DNA from: an uncultured delta proteobacterium
Lineage (GTDB): Bacteria > Myxococcota_A > Polyangia > Polyangiales > Polyangiaceae
DNA: 64,000 bases
Assembly: GCA_963696385.1 (NCBI GenBank)
Contig: CAVOKF010000005.1
Location: forward strand, 352,001-416,000
Direction of reading: 5' to 3'
Shown here: positions 39,593 through 51,732 of the stretch, piece by piece
Layout of the letters: every line of letters starts with the position of its first letter
How positions within the stretch are numbered: position 1 is the first letter of the stretch
The notes under the pieces: model-generated
Database searches by the model: none
Told to the model about the DNA's origin: nothing
The model's input: the letters and a program-made list of their open reading frames with translations, nothing else
Made by a program: the position numbers and the translations under genes

Positions 39593-39770
39593 CGCGGCGG
39601 CACGCTAGCACGGTACCCAGGAGCTGCGCGACGGGCGATGCCCGCCGCTCGTCGGCCGACAGGACTCGGAGGGGCGTGGTGTCGGGCCGGGATGTCTATA
39701 GGATCAGTCTTCGACTCACCCCTGCATGGTCGGCAAGCGGATTCGCGTCAGCGCGGTAAGAGCTGGCTCG

Positions 39771-40169
39771 TCAATGCGCCGACGCTTGCTCGTGGGCCTC
39801 GTACGCCCGAGCGTCCATCAGCCGATCGATCTCCTTTGGATCGCTCGGTGCGATCACGATCATCCATGCCGCGCCGTAGCAGTCCTCGTTGACGAGTTCC
39901 GGCTTTGTCGCGAGCGCTTGGTTGATTCGGATGACCCTGCCCGCGACCGGCGCGTAGAGATCGCTGAGCGTCTTCACGCTTTCGATCGTTCCGAACGGCT
40001 TGCCTGTGCCGACATCGTCGCCCACCTTGACGTCGAAGTGGACGAGTGTCACGTCGCCCAGTTGCTCCACGGCAAACGCCGTGATTCCCACCGTAACCTC
40101 GCCGCCTTGCGCGAGCGTCCACTCGTGTTCTCGGGTGTACCGAAGGTTGGCCGGCGCAGACTGGCTCAT
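39771..40169 (-). CDS. gcvH: Glycine cleavage system H protein
   Basis: YTREHEW, GITAFA...LGD, lipoyl-lysine motif IESVK, PELVNEDCYG.AW. Confidence 0.95.
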   Translation of the reverse strand: MSQSAPANLRYTREHEWTLAQGGEVTVGITAFAVEQLGDVTLVHFDVKVGDDVGTGKPFGTIESVKTLSDLYAPVAGRVIRINQALATKPELVNEDCYGAAWMIVIAPSDPKEIDRLMDARAYEAHEQASAH

Positions 40170-41290
40170 CGATTCGCTCCTGATCTTGGCCGCTTGTAGA
40201 AGGGGGTCCGGACCACGACGGCCTCGACGTGCCTGCCGCGGCAATCGACGAAGAACTCCGTCCCTGGCTCCGACAATTCTGTCGGCACATAGCCGAGCCC
40301 GATGTTCTTGCCAACGGTCGGCGCCGGACCGCCGCTCGTGCAAACGCCGACCGGTCTCTTCTGCGTGTCGAGCAGCGCGTAACCGTGACGTGCGATCCCG
40401 CGTCCGACCATCTCGAAGCCGACGAGTTTCCGGGCGAGGCGCCCGAGACGCACGCCTTCGAGGGCGGATTTACCGATGAAGTCCGCCTTGTCGAAGCGGA
40501 CGACCCAACCCAGGCCCGCCTCGAGAGGGTTGGTCGATTCGTCGATGTCGTTTCCATAGAGCGAGAGCCGAGCCTCGAGCCGGAGCGTGTCGCGTGCCCC
40601 CAGTCCGGCAGGCTTGATGTGAAAGGGTGCGCCCGCCTCGATGAGCGCGCGCCAAAGGCGAGGAGCGTCGTCCCACGCACTAAAAATTTCGACGCCGTCC
40701 TCGCCCGTATACCCGGTGCGTGCCGCAGTGCAGCGGACGCCCGCGAGAGTCGCATCGCAGAAGTGAAAACTCTTCAACGCCGATAAGCGAGCTCCATCCT
40801 CGCCCAGCCGGCCGAGCGTGTCGAATGCGCGAGGCCCCTGCAGGGCAAGGAGGGCGGTGGTGTCGCTCCGATCGTCGAACTCGCAGTGGTTCTCGGCGGC
40901 GCGCGCGAAATGAGCGCTCATCTTCTCGCGGTTCGATCCGTTGCAGACGACGAGCCAATCGCCCTCTGCACGCCGGTACACGATGAGATCGTCGAGGATC
41001 GTTCCCGTCTCGTTGCACGCGCACGTGTACATCGCCTGGCCATCGAGCATCTTCCTCGCGTCGCCCGTCACGAGGTAGTCGACGACATGGGTGGAATATT
41101 CGCCGCGAAGGTGAAGCTCGCCCATGTGGCTCACGTCGAATAGACCTGCAGCGCGTCGCACCGCGTTGTGTTCGTCGACGATGCCCGTGTATTGAACGGG
41201 CATCTCCCACCCCGCAAAGGGCACGAGACGGGCGCCGAGCGCGACGTGTTCCGAGTAGAGCGACGTCCGGCGCAGGGGGGAGCCGTTCAC
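40166..41290 (-). CDS. gcvT: Glycine cleavage system aminomethyltransferase T
   Basis: PFAGWEMPVQY, LFDVSHMG, RTGYTGEDG, GLGARDTLRLEA. Confidence 0.96.
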   Translation of the reverse strand: MNGSPLRRTSLYSEHVALGARLVPFAGWEMPVQYTGIVDEHNAVRRAAGLFDVSHMGELHLRGEYSTHVVDYLVTGDARKMLDGQAMYTCACNETGTILDDLIVYRRAEGDWLVVCNGSNREKMSAHFARAAENHCEFDDRSDTTALLALQGPRAFDTLGRLGEDGARLSALKSFHFCDATLAGVRCTAARTGYTGEDGVEIFSAWDDAPRLWRALIEAGAPFHIKPAGLGARDTLRLEARLSLYGNDIDESTNPLEAGLGWVVRFDKADFIGKSALEGVRLGRLARKLVGFEMVGRGIARHGYALLDTQKRPVGVCTSGGPAPTVGKNIGLGYVPTELSEPGTEFFVDCRGRHVEAVVVRTPFYKRPRSGANR

Positions 41291-41552
41291 ACGAGGCAGC
41301 CTAGAGGAGGTGCGCGCCCGACGCTACCGCGTCGTCTCCGATCCTCCAAGGCCGCCGCGACAAGGCGGCACACCGCGACACTCCCCACGTGAACGAACAG
41401 TGCGTGAGCCGACCAGGCGGGCGAGCGCACGACGAGGGCGCCTGTTCCCCCCCGCGAGTCGTTGCACGCGTTTTGCGCCGTCACGGCGATGCGGAGGAGG
41501 GCACAAAGTGCCCGCAGGACAAGCCCAGGAGCAAGCGCCGAGTCGGGGCGGG

Positions 41553-44432
41553 CTACGGCGTGGAGTACGTCTCGACGGGTGGGCAGGAACACAAGAGGTG
41601 GCGGTCGCCATGGGCGTTGTTGATACGACCCACCGGGGGCCAGAACTTGCGCATTCGCGTCCAGGGCGCGGGAAAGGCGGCCAGCTCGCGTGGATAGGAA
41701 TGCCTCCACTCCGTTGCCATTACGGCCTCCGCTGTATGCGGCGCGTGCTTGAGCGGGTTGTCTTCGCGAGGAAATCGCCCATTTTCGATGTCGCGGATTT
41801 CCTCGCGGATCGCGATCATCGCGTCGCAAAAACGATCGAGCTCGGCCTTCGACTCGCTCTCTGTGGGCTCCACCATGAGGGTTCCGGCAATGGGAAAGCT
41901 CATCGTCGGAGCATGGTACCCGTAGTCCATCAGTCGCTTGGCGATGTCGTCCACCTCGACGCCGGCGGTTCGCTTGACCCCGCGCGTGTCGAGAATGCAC
42001 TCGTGCGCGACCCTTCCGCGCTGGCCTCGGTAAAAAACGGGGAAGTGTCCGTGGAGGCGCTCCGCCACGTAGTTGGCATTGAGAATCGCTACTTGGCTTG
42101 CCCGCTTCAGGCCCGCTGCGCCCATGAGTGCGATGTACGCCCAAGAAATGAGCAGGATGCTCGCGCTTCCCCAAGGCGCGGCGCTGACCGGGCCGATGCC
42201 TTGCTCGCCGCCGACTTCGACGACCGGGTGCCGAGGGAGGAACTTCGCGAGGTGCTGCGCGACCCCGATGGGTCCCATGCCGGGGCCGCCGCCGCCATGC
42301 GGGATGCAGAACGTCTTGTGCAAATTCACGTGGCAGACGTCGGCGCCCACGTCGGCCGGTCGACACAGGCCGACCTGGGCGTTCAAGTTCGCGCCGTCCA
42401 AGTACACCTGCCCGCCGTGGGCGTGGGCAATGGCGCAAATGCGCTCGATGTCTTCCTCGAAAATGCCGTAGGTCGATGGGTACGTGACCATGAGCGCGGC
42501 GAGCTTGGGCGCATGTTCCTTCGCCTTTGCCTCGAGATCCGCGATATCGACGTATCCTCGGTCGTTGCACGCGACGACGATCACGCGCAATCCCGCCATC
42601 GCGGCGGATGCCGGGTTGGTACCGTGGGCGCTCGCGGGGATGAGACAGACGTCGCGTGCTGCGTCGCCCCGGCTATCGTGGTAGCGGCGGATGACGAGGA
42701 GCCCAGCGAGCTCGCCTTGTGCGCCCGAGTTGGGCTGCAGGCTTATCGCGGGAAATCCGGTGATCTCCGAGAGCATGGCTTCGAGCTGCTGGATGACGAT
42801 CCGGTAGCCGTGCACCTGATCGACGGGAACGAACGGATGGATTCGGGCAAATTGCGCCCACGTGACCGGCATCATTTCGGCGGTCGCGTTGAGCTTCATG
42901 GTGCATGACCCGAGTGGGATCATCGAGTGAACCAGCGAAAGGTCCCTCGACTCGAGCAGCCTCATGTAGCGCAGCAACTCGGTCTCGGATCGATGGCTAT
43001 TGAAGACCGAATGGGTGAGGTACATGCTCGCCCGTTCGAAGCCGCCAATCGCAGACACCGCCTCGCGCGCGAGCTCTGCACAGCTCGCCGCGGCGGGCGC
43101 CCCGTCGCCGAAGACGGTGAGCAGTACGTCCACGTCCGACGCCGACGTCGTCTCGTCGAATGCAATTCCAATCGAACGCTCGCCGATGCGGCGCAGGTTC
43201 ATCCTGTGGGCGCGCGCCCCATGGATCCATCCGTCGATGCGATCGGGTTCGGCATCGACGCGCACCGTGTCGAAGAAGCTCGTGTGGGCGACGCGAACGC
43301 CCAGCTTGCGCAAGCCGAGGGCGAACGACGCTGCCAGTCCGTGAACGCGCTCCGCGATGGCGCGCAGTCCGTCCGGCCCGTGATAGACGGCGTACAGGCC
43401 GGCCACGACCGCCAGCAGCGCCTGCGCCGTACACACGTTGCTCGTCGCTTTTTCGCGACGAATGTGCTGTTCGCGAGTTTGCAGCGCCATGCGTAGCGCG
43501 CGCTTGCCGTGCGCATCCACGCTCACGCCGATGATGCGACCCGGTAGCCTTCGCACGAACTCGGATCGGCAGGCGAAAAATGCAGCGTGGGGCCCGCCGT
43601 AGCCGAGCGGAACGCCGAAACGCTGCGCGCTTCCGACGGCGATGTCGGCTCCGATCTCGCCCGGAGGTACGAGAAGCGTCAGGGAAAGAAGATCGCACGC
43701 CATGGCCACCGTCGTCGCACCCGCGTGTGCCCGTGCGATGAGGTCCCGAAAGTCACGGATCGCGCCGTCGGTTCCCGGGTACTGCAGGAGAATTCCGAAG
43801 GGCTTCCGCGGCCCGTCGAGAGCGTGCGCGGCGTCGCCCACCGCGATGTCGATGCCGTGCGCAGCGGCGCGCGTCCGGAGTACGCCGATGGTTTGTGGAT
43901 GGCACGCGTCCGAGACGAAAAAAAACGGCCGTTGGCCGCTCGTGTTGGACGACGGCGCCATGACGTGCAGCGCCTCCGCGGCTGCAGTCGCCTCGTCCAA
44001 GAGCGAGGCGTTGGCGATTTCCAGCGCCGTGAGATCGCTCACCATCGTCTGAAAATTGAGCAAAGCCTCGAGGCGACCTTGCGCGATCTCCGCCTGATAG
44101 GGCGTGTACTGCGTATACCACCCCGGGTTCTCGAGCACGTTGCGCTGAATCACCGCAGGCGTGATGCAATCGGAGTAGCCCATGCCGAGAAAGCTCCGCC
44201 ATGCCTCGTTCCCGGCGGCGATGGCGCGAAGCTGTTCGAGCAGGTCGTGCTCGGTCTTGGCCGGGGGTACGTCGAGGGGGCGGCTCAGCCGGATCGTGCT
44301 TGGGACCGTTTGCTCGATGAGCTGGTCGAGCGAGCCGGCTCCGACCTCCCGCAGCATTTCGGCAACGTCGGCGTCGCTGGGCCCTATGTGTCGTCGTACG
44401 AAAACATCACTGGGGTCGATAGAGACGGGCAT
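41553..44432 (-). CDS. gcvP: Glycine dehydrogenase (decarboxylating), single-chain P protein
   Basis: [40 protein letters not shown] site [16 protein letters not shown]. Confidence 0.97.
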   Translation of the reverse strand: MPVSIDPSDVFVRRHIGPSDADVAEMLREVGAGSLDQLIEQTVPSTIRLSRPLDVPPAKTEHDLLEQLRAIAAGNEAWRSFLGMGYSDCITPAVIQRNVLENPGWYTQYTPYQAEIAQGRLEALLNFQTMVSDLTALEIANASLLDEATAAAEALHVMAPSSNTSGQRPFFFVSDACHPQTIGVLRTRAAAHGIDIAVGDAAHALDGPRKPFGILLQYPGTDGAIRDFRDLIARAHAGATTVAMACDLLSLTLLVPPGEIGADIAVGSAQRFGVPLGYGGPHAAFFACRSEFVRRLPGRIIGVSVDAHGKRALRMALQTREQHIRREKATSNVCTAQALLAVVAGLYAVYHGPDGLRAIAERVHGLAASFALGLRKLGVRVAHTSFFDTVRVDAEPDRIDGWIHGARAHRMNLRRIGERSIGIAFDETTSASDVDVLLTVFGDGAPAAASCAELAREAVSAIGGFERASMYLTHSVFNSHRSETELLRYMRLLESRDLSLVHSMIPLGSCTMKLNATAEMMPVTWAQFARIHPFVPVDQVHGYRIVIQQLEAMLSEITGFPAISLQPNSGAQGELAGLLVIRRYHDSRGDAARDVCLIPASAHGTNPASAAMAGLRVIVVACNDRGYVDIADLEAKAKEHAPKLAALMVTYPSTYGIFEEDIERICAIAHAHGGQVYLDGANLNAQVGLCRPADVGADVCHVNLHKTFCIPHGGGGPGMGPIGVAQHLAKFLPRHPVVEVGGEQGIGPVSAAPWGSASILLISWAYIALMGAAGLKRASQVAILNANYVAERLHGHFPVFYRGQRGRVAHECILDTRGVKRTAGVEVDDIAKRLMDYGYHAPTMSFPIAGTLMVEPTESESKAELDRFCDAMIAIREEIRDIENGRFPREDNPLKHAPHTAEAVMATEWRHSYPRELAAFPAPWTRMRKFWPPVGRINNAHGDRHLLCSCPPVETYSTP

Positions 44433-44557
44433 GGCGGTGAGCCGCCATCTCTACTGCCGCATGGCGCCCTTTGCCACCGAGTCCAGAGTGCCCTAGCTTC
44501 GCGAGCCCCGTCGTACTAGATGCCGGGCGAGTCCGTCGTCAGTTCAAAGGAGACCCA

Positions 44558-45832
44558 ATGTCCCGCTATCGTTTCACTTCCGAGTCTGTCACCGAGGGAC
44601 ATCCGGACAAGCTTTGCGATCAAGTGTCCGATGCCATTCTCGACGCGATCCTCGCTCAAGATCCACGGGCACGGGTCGCGTGCGAGTCGCTCGCGAAGAC
44701 GGGGATGGTCGTGGTCGCTGGAGAAATTACGACCACCGCGCACATCGATTACCCGAAGATCGTCCGCGAGACTGTGAGCGAGATCGGGTACCTCGGGTCG
44801 GCGACGGGCTTTGATGCGAACACGTGTGCGGTGCTGACGGCCATCGAGCGGCAAAGTCCGGACATCGCCCAGGGAGTCAACGAAGGGGATGGTCTGCATA
44901 AGGAGCAGGGCGCGGGGGATCAGGGCCTGATGTTCGGATACGCCACCGACGAGACGCCCGAGCTCATGCCGGCGCCGATCCAGTACGCGCACATGCTCGC
45001 GCGCCAGCTGGCCGCAATCCGGAAGAAGAAGGTCGTCGACTTTCTGCGCCCGGACGGCAAGACTCAGGTTACTCTCGAATACGAAAACGACGTTCCCGTT
45101 CGCATTGACGCGGTCGTCGTCAGCACCCAACACGACGAAAAGGTCAAGTACAAGCAGCTCCGCGAGGCCATCGTGGATCTGGTCATCGACAAGGCTCTTC
45201 CGAAGAAGCTTGTCGACAAAAACACCAAGCTGCACGTCAACCCGACCGGTCGCTTCGTGATTGGGGGTCCGCAAGGGGACTGCGGACTGACCGGTCGAAA
45301 AATCATCGTCGATACCTACGGCGGGATGGGTCGCCACGGAGGCGGTGCCTTCAGCGGCAAGGATCCCAGCAAAGTCGATCGGAGCGCTTGCTATTACGCC
45401 CGCTATATCGCGAAGAACGTTGTCGCATCGGGGGTAGCAAAGCGCTGCGAGGTACAGGTGGCCTATGCCATCGGCCTCGCCCGGCCGGTGGGCGTGCACG
45501 TGAACACCTTCGGAACTGGCAAGGTTCCCGACGACGTTCTCGAAAAATACATCGTGACCCATTTCGACATGCGTCCCAAGGCGCTCATCGAAGAGCTCGG
45601 GCTTCTCGCGCCGATTTACAAGAAGACGGCCGCTTACGGTCACTTTGGCCGGGCGGAGTTTTCATGGGAGAAGACCGACCGCGCGGCGCAGATCGCGGAC
45701 GCCCTGCTTTCGATCTCGTCGAAGAAAGCGCAGCCGTCCGGTGCGGCCGTCAACGGCGACGCGAACGGTCGCGGCCAACCGCACGTCGAGAAGAAGCCGC
45801 CGCGAAAGCGCGGACTCAGCGCGCAGTTCTGA
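44558..45832 (+). CDS. metK: S-adenosylmethionine synthetase
   Basis: [53 protein letters not shown]. Confidence 0.97.
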   Translation: MSRYRFTSESVTEGHPDKLCDQVSDAILDAILAQDPRARVACESLAKTGMVVVAGEITTTAHIDYPKIVRETVSEIGYLGSATGFDANTCAVLTAIERQSPDIAQGVNEGDGLHKEQGAGDQGLMFGYATDETPELMPAPIQYAHMLARQLAAIRKKKVVDFLRPDGKTQVTLEYENDVPVRIDAVVVSTQHDEKVKYKQLREAIVDLVIDKALPKKLVDKNTKLHVNPTGRFVIGGPQGDCGLTGRKIIVDTYGGMGRHGGGAFSGKDPSKVDRSACYYARYIAKNVVASGVAKRCEVQVAYAIGLARPVGVHVNTFGTGKVPDDVLEKYIVTHFDMRPKALIEELGLLAPIYKKTAAYGHFGRAEFSWEKTDRAAQIADALLSISSKKAQPSGAAVNGDANGRGQPHVEKKPPRKRGLSAQF

Positions 45833-45862
45833 GATCGTCTGCAGCGCTGCGCGCGTGCTCGT

Positions 45863-47767
<1,905 letters not shown>

Positions 47768-48036
47768 CGCGGCAACCCGGCGGAAACGGGATGGACAACG
47801 ACCGTACCTCAAAAATACCGGTCACAGGGGCCTGTCCAAAGCGACGGCGGGTGCCGGTCCTCTCGGTCCCCACGACTACCCGGCGACGTGGACCTGCGGC
47901 AAGGATGATTTTCGCGTCCTCCGAACCGAAATGCGAATGAACCGGGTAGTCGTTTGATTGACGCCTCATGCGTAACTGGGGCATAAGAAGCCGCGTCCTC
48001 GACTTCGCTCGGGACTCGCTGGAGGAGAAAACGATC

Positions 48037-48219
48037 ATGAAGAATATCGGAATTGTCGCGCTTCTCGCGGCCGTGACGTCGCTTGGGGCGCTCGTGGCGT
48101 GCGGCGGTAGCTCACCGCCCGCGAATTCGCCCGACAACAGCGCCAGCAGCGCGGCTGCCCCGTCGGCCGCGCCGGCGGAATCGTCCGCGGCGCCGTCGTC
48201 GACCGCCGCGCCCAAGTGA
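48037..48219 (+). CDS. Small Ala/Ser/Pro-rich lipoprotein (60 aa)
   Basis: GGAGGAG RBS, MK-hydrophobic signal, lipobox LVA-C followed by GGSSPP. Confidence 0.8.
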   Translation: MKNIGIVALLAAVTSLGALVACGGSSPPANSPDNSASSAAAPSAAPAESSAAPSSTAAPK

Positions 48220-48281
48220 GAAGGTGACTTCGGAGTTGCCGTCGGCGGTCAGGCCGTAAAGGTTCTGAGCCGCGCGAGGCC

Positions 48282-48326
48282 AAGAATGGGCGAGGCCGCC
48301 TCCAGGGGCTGCCTCGCCTCATTTTT
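48282..48326. terminator. Probable intrinsic terminator between convergent genes
   Basis: Stem GGCGAGGC/GCCTCGCC followed by TCATTTTT and preceded by AAGAATG. Confidence 0.55.
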
Positions 48327-48365
48327 GTCCGGCGCTTCAAGATAGGTCCGCGCTGCCACGGACAC

Positions 48366-49529
48366 TCAAAAACTGCCGTAAGCTTGAAGTTCGGCGCCCC
48401 CACGTGGCGTTGGCCCAACCGCGAGCTGAAACGGGGGAGTAAACGACGGCGAGCCCGGTCCGTCGGTCATGTTCGCCGTCAGCACGGCGGCGATGGCCAG
48501 TCCCGCCACGCCGCCCACGGCGTTCGCGATGAATCCGTGGCGCCAATTGTCGCCGCTGCTGCCAAGATAGAAAAAATACACCGGAGTCGTGGCGAGCGTT
48601 CCGAGCACGTCGCCAATCCACATGTAGCGAATCGTCTGCCAAGACGGCACGTAGAGCGTCGACACCACGCCCGCAGCCACGATTCCGACGTTGTAGCCTG
48701 CGAACCCCCAAACCGCGGCACCGTCCTTCCAGTCGCCGCGCACCACGCCCGAGCCAAAGAGGATTCCGTTGAGCGCGCCCCATCCCGCCGCGCTCGTGAT
48801 GAGGCCGAGACTGCGCGGGTCTGGCTGGAGCCATTCGCCGAACGCGTAACCCCCCACGCCGCCGGCAGTGGCCGTCACGAACGTGATCGACGTCCAGCTC
48901 CGGAAGTCCCAGGAATGGGGGCCCCCGTTTCCGGTGACCTGCCACTGCAGCCCGCTGATCGCGGCTCCTTCTACGCCGCCGAGCAGCAAGCCGGTTGCGA
49001 CGGTCGACGGAACGCCGCGATCGAACTCATCGAGTTGATCCCAGGCGTAAAGGCCAATCGGCACGGCAGCGCCGAGCATGGCGGGTGCGATGAACGCGAT
49101 GCCGGGATCCCCCTCTTTGCCGAGTGCGTCGATCCAGATGCCGGACCCGACCCCGTACGCGATGCCCGTTCCGTAAAGAAACGCCATCTCGTCGGCGCTC
49201 CGGTATCGACTGCGGGGGGGCGGGGGCGGTTGCAGTACTGGTGGCGGAAGCGGAAAGGGTGCCGGCAGAGGCTGCGGTCCCGGTGCGTACCCGGGCGTGT
49301 AAACGGGCTGGGGCTGGGGCGGGTAGGCCGGCTGCTGGTTGCCGGCTGGCGGGGCATAGACCGGCGCGGGGGGCGCGGGGTATGGCGAGGGCGGTGCGGC
49401 CGCTGCGGGCGGCGGCGCGTCCGTGGGCGCTGGCGCGGGCGGCGGCGGGTAGGCCTGCGCAACCTGTGCCGAGGCCGTGCCGCCGAGAACGTAAACCATC
49501 GAAACCGAAAGCAGACCCCAAGGGCGCAT
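48366..49529 (-). CDS. Exported protein with Pro-rich N-terminus and Gly-rich hydrophobic helices
   Basis: GGAGG RBS, signal peptide ending TASA-Q, PPP/YP-rich linker, glycine-zipper-like segments, terminal YGSF. Confidence 0.7.
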   Translation of the reverse strand: MRPWGLLSVSMVYVLGGTASAQVAQAYPPPPAPAPTDAPPPAAAAPPSPYPAPPAPVYAPPAGNQQPAYPPQPQPVYTPGYAPGPQPLPAPFPLPPPVLQPPPPPRSRYRSADEMAFLYGTGIAYGVGSGIWIDALGKEGDPGIAFIAPAMLGAAVPIGLYAWDQLDEFDRGVPSTVATGLLLGGVEGAAISGLQWQVTGNGGPHSWDFRSWTSITFVTATAGGVGGYAFGEWLQPDPRSLGLITSAAGWGALNGILFGSGVVRGDWKDGAAVWGFAGYNVGIVAAGVVSTLYVPSWQTIRYMWIGDVLGTLATTPVYFFYLGSSGDNWRHGFIANAVGGVAGLAIAAVLTANMTDGPGSPSFTPPFQLAVGPTPRGGAELQAYGSF

Positions 49530-49548
49530 GGCAACCTCCGTCGATTGT

Positions 49549-50604
49549 TCAGGGTCGGGCGCGCTCGATGGCGCGCAAGTCGAACTCGTAGCCCAATTCG
49601 CGTGCCATGAGGTCACTGACGGCCTGATGAACGGGCTTGCCCTCGTGCAGCACCCAGTAGACCTCGGACGAGATCGGCATGTCGACCTGGAGCTTTCTCG
49701 AGAGCGCATACGCGCTCTTTGCGGCGGGAACGCCCTCGGCGACGTGACCGAGCGTCGCCAGAACGTCCGCCAGGGCCCGCCCTCTGCCGAGCTCCCGCCC
49801 GACCGTTCGGTTCCGGGACAAATCTCCGGTGCACGTCAACACGAGGTCGCCGACTCCTGCCAAACCTGCGAGCGTCAGAGCCGAGCCACCGCGCGCCATC
49901 GCTAGGCGCGCTACTTCTGCGAGACCCCGGGTGATGAGTGCGGCGCGCGTGTTGTGCCCGAAACCGAGGCCTTCGACGGCGCCCGAGGCGATCGCGATGA
50001 CGTTCTTCAGAGCGCCGCCGCATTCCACGCCGACCACGTCGTCGCTCGTGTAAGTCCTCATGTACGCCGTGCGAAGCCTCTTTGCAGCGGCCGTTCGAAC
50101 GCCCGGGTCGAGCGCGGCGATCACGACCGCCGTGGGCGATTGCTGCGCCAGTTCGCGGGCGAAGCTTGGGCCCGATACGAACGCGCAACGCCCGCGCGCG
50201 GATGGCGGAAGCTCGTCTGAGAGAACTTCATCCATGAACATGAGCGACTCATCTTCGATCCCCTTGGTCGCGCCGATGAAGATCGTGCCTTCACCGTCCG
50301 GCCCGATCGGCTGCGTCTTGTGCACGTAAGGTGCCGTCGCGCGGGCGACGTCGCGCGTCGCATGGCTCGGGACGACGAACACCACCGTCATGGCCTCGTC
50401 CAGAGCTCTAGCGAGGTCCACCGTGCACCGCACGTTGGGAGGCAACCTTACGCCGGGTAGATAACGGGCGTTCTCACCCGTCGCGTTGACGGCTTCGCAC
50501 AGCTCCTTGCGCCGGGTCCAAAGCCAGACGTCGTCTCCCTTTTCGGCCAAGAGCTTGGCGAGGGCGGTTCCCCATGCGCCCGCGCCGAGGACCGCGGCCT
50601 TCAT
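49549..50604 (-). CDS. gpsA: NAD(P)H-dependent glycerol-3-phosphate dehydrogenase
   Basis: GAGAWGTALA, SGPSFA, GGALKNVIAI, GDLVLTC..LSRN, VAEGV. Confidence 0.96.
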   Translation of the reverse strand: MKAAVLGAGAWGTALAKLLAEKGDDVWLWTRRKELCEAVNATGENARYLPGVRLPPNVRCTVDLARALDEAMTVVFVVPSHATRDVARATAPYVHKTQPIGPDGEGTIFIGATKGIEDESLMFMDEVLSDELPPSARGRCAFVSGPSFARELAQQSPTAVVIAALDPGVRTAAAKRLRTAYMRTYTSDDVVGVECGGALKNVIAIASGAVEGLGFGHNTRAALITRGLAEVARLAMARGGSALTLAGLAGVGDLVLTCTGDLSRNRTVGRELGRGRALADVLATLGHVAEGVPAAKSAYALSRKLQVDMPISSEVYWVLHEGKPVHQAVSDLMARELGYEFDLRAIERARP

Positions 50605-50652
50605 CGCGTCACGTTATCACCAAGAGTCACGGTGCATCGAAGCGCTCGCGCT

Positions 50653-51732
50653 ATGCTTGAGCCGATGCCCGGGGCTGCGCGCTCGCTGCTTGCCCTCGTC
50701 CTCGTTGGAGTTGCCTCGGCGGGCGGCCCGGGATGCTCGGCGAACTCGATATGCAAGCTCGCCGGTCCCATCAACGATCCGTCCAACCGGACGCTGCGCC
50801 GCGATATCATGAGTTTTGGGCTGGGGGAGTTCTGCGCCCGGATGACGAAACGGAATGCGCCGCTGACGCTGGCGGCCGACGCGGCGGTCATCGGCCGCTT
50901 TTTCCCCCAGCACTGCGCCCAGCGGATGCTCGACAACGGGGATCTGTGGGTGCAGTTCGATGGCTTCGGCTACGCTTGGACGAACCTCTCGAGAAAAGTG
51001 ACGTTCACCTCCGCCGCGACAATCCAGTATAATCAGGATTTCAAGTGCGCCGACGATGACTCGATCTACGCTTACTTCGACACGCGTTTGGTTTCGCCCC
51101 CCGACTTTCGCGTCCTTGGCATCGAGCAGCCCGTAGCGAATCTCGTTCAAAACTGGATCGCCCCGTTCACGGATAATTTCGGCCGGCAAATGGTTTCCGG
51201 TCAACTCGCCCAAGGGTTCACGGTCATCGAGCATACCGGCGGGAGCACGGAATTCAGTGTCGGGCATCTGCCTCTGGGACAGCACCCGACACACCCTTTC
51301 GACGTTCACGGCTCCAACCGATCGACCTACGAAAACCTGCGGACCGAAGTGCACGCGAGCGAGCGGGACTTCATCGGCCCCATCGAGGTTGACGGTTCCG
51401 GTCGCGCCATTTTTCTGCAAATGCATCTCGAGGGAGTTCAGTCGGTCGACGTGTTCGTCGTCCCCAAGGTCGAGGGCGACGCCTCGCTCGCGCTTTACGT
51501 CCAGTACGGTGCTGCCGGACCGCTCGCGTTCGTGCCGCGCTTTTCGGACGTTGTGCGTTTCGGTGTCGAATACCAGCGTGCAGTCCCCGTTCCGCCGGGT
51601 ATGTACTACGTCGTGATCGACAACACGCCTTTGGCCGGACAGGTGGCCCCCCCCCCGGCGCCGCTCTTCGGCGTCCTGGGCGATGCTGCAGCGGTCGTCA
51701 ACTACGCGATTCAGATCGGTGACGCACCGTGA
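50653..51732 (+). CDS. Hypothetical exported protein or lipoprotein
   Basis: Hydrophobic N-terminus followed by GPG-C, strong codon bias, GTGA overlap with lepB. Start uncertain (50653 or 50665). Confidence 0.7.
   Translation: MLEPMPGAARSLLALVLVGVASAGGPGCSANSICKLAGPINDPSNRTLRRDIMSFGLGEFCARMTKRNAPLTLAADAAVIGRFFPQHCAQRMLDNGDLWVQFDGFGYAWTNLSRKVTFTSAATIQYNQDFKCADDDSIYAYFDTRLVSPPDFRVLGIEQPVANLVQNWIAPFTDNFGRQMVSGQLAQGFTVIEHTGGSTEFSVGHLPLGQHPTHPFDVHGSNRSTYENLRTEVHASERDFIGPIEVDGSGRAIFLQMHLEGVQSVDVFVVPKVEGDASLALYVQYGAAGPLAFVPRFSDVVRFGVEYQRAVPVPPGMYYVVIDNTPLAGQVAPPPAPLFGVLGDAAAVVNYAIQIGDAP

Noticed and set aside
41291..41552. Glycine riboswitch between gcvP and gcvT
   Set aside because: Conserved glycine-aptamer motifs were not recognised by eye. 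An Rfam scan would be decisive
44433..44557. SAM riboswitch upstream of metK
   Set aside because: Short divergent region without recognisable SAM-I or SAM-II consensus elements
47977..47992. Sigma54 promoter for the small lipoprotein
   Set aside because: Only the GG-N10-GC spacing matches. The TGGCAC and TTGC context is poor
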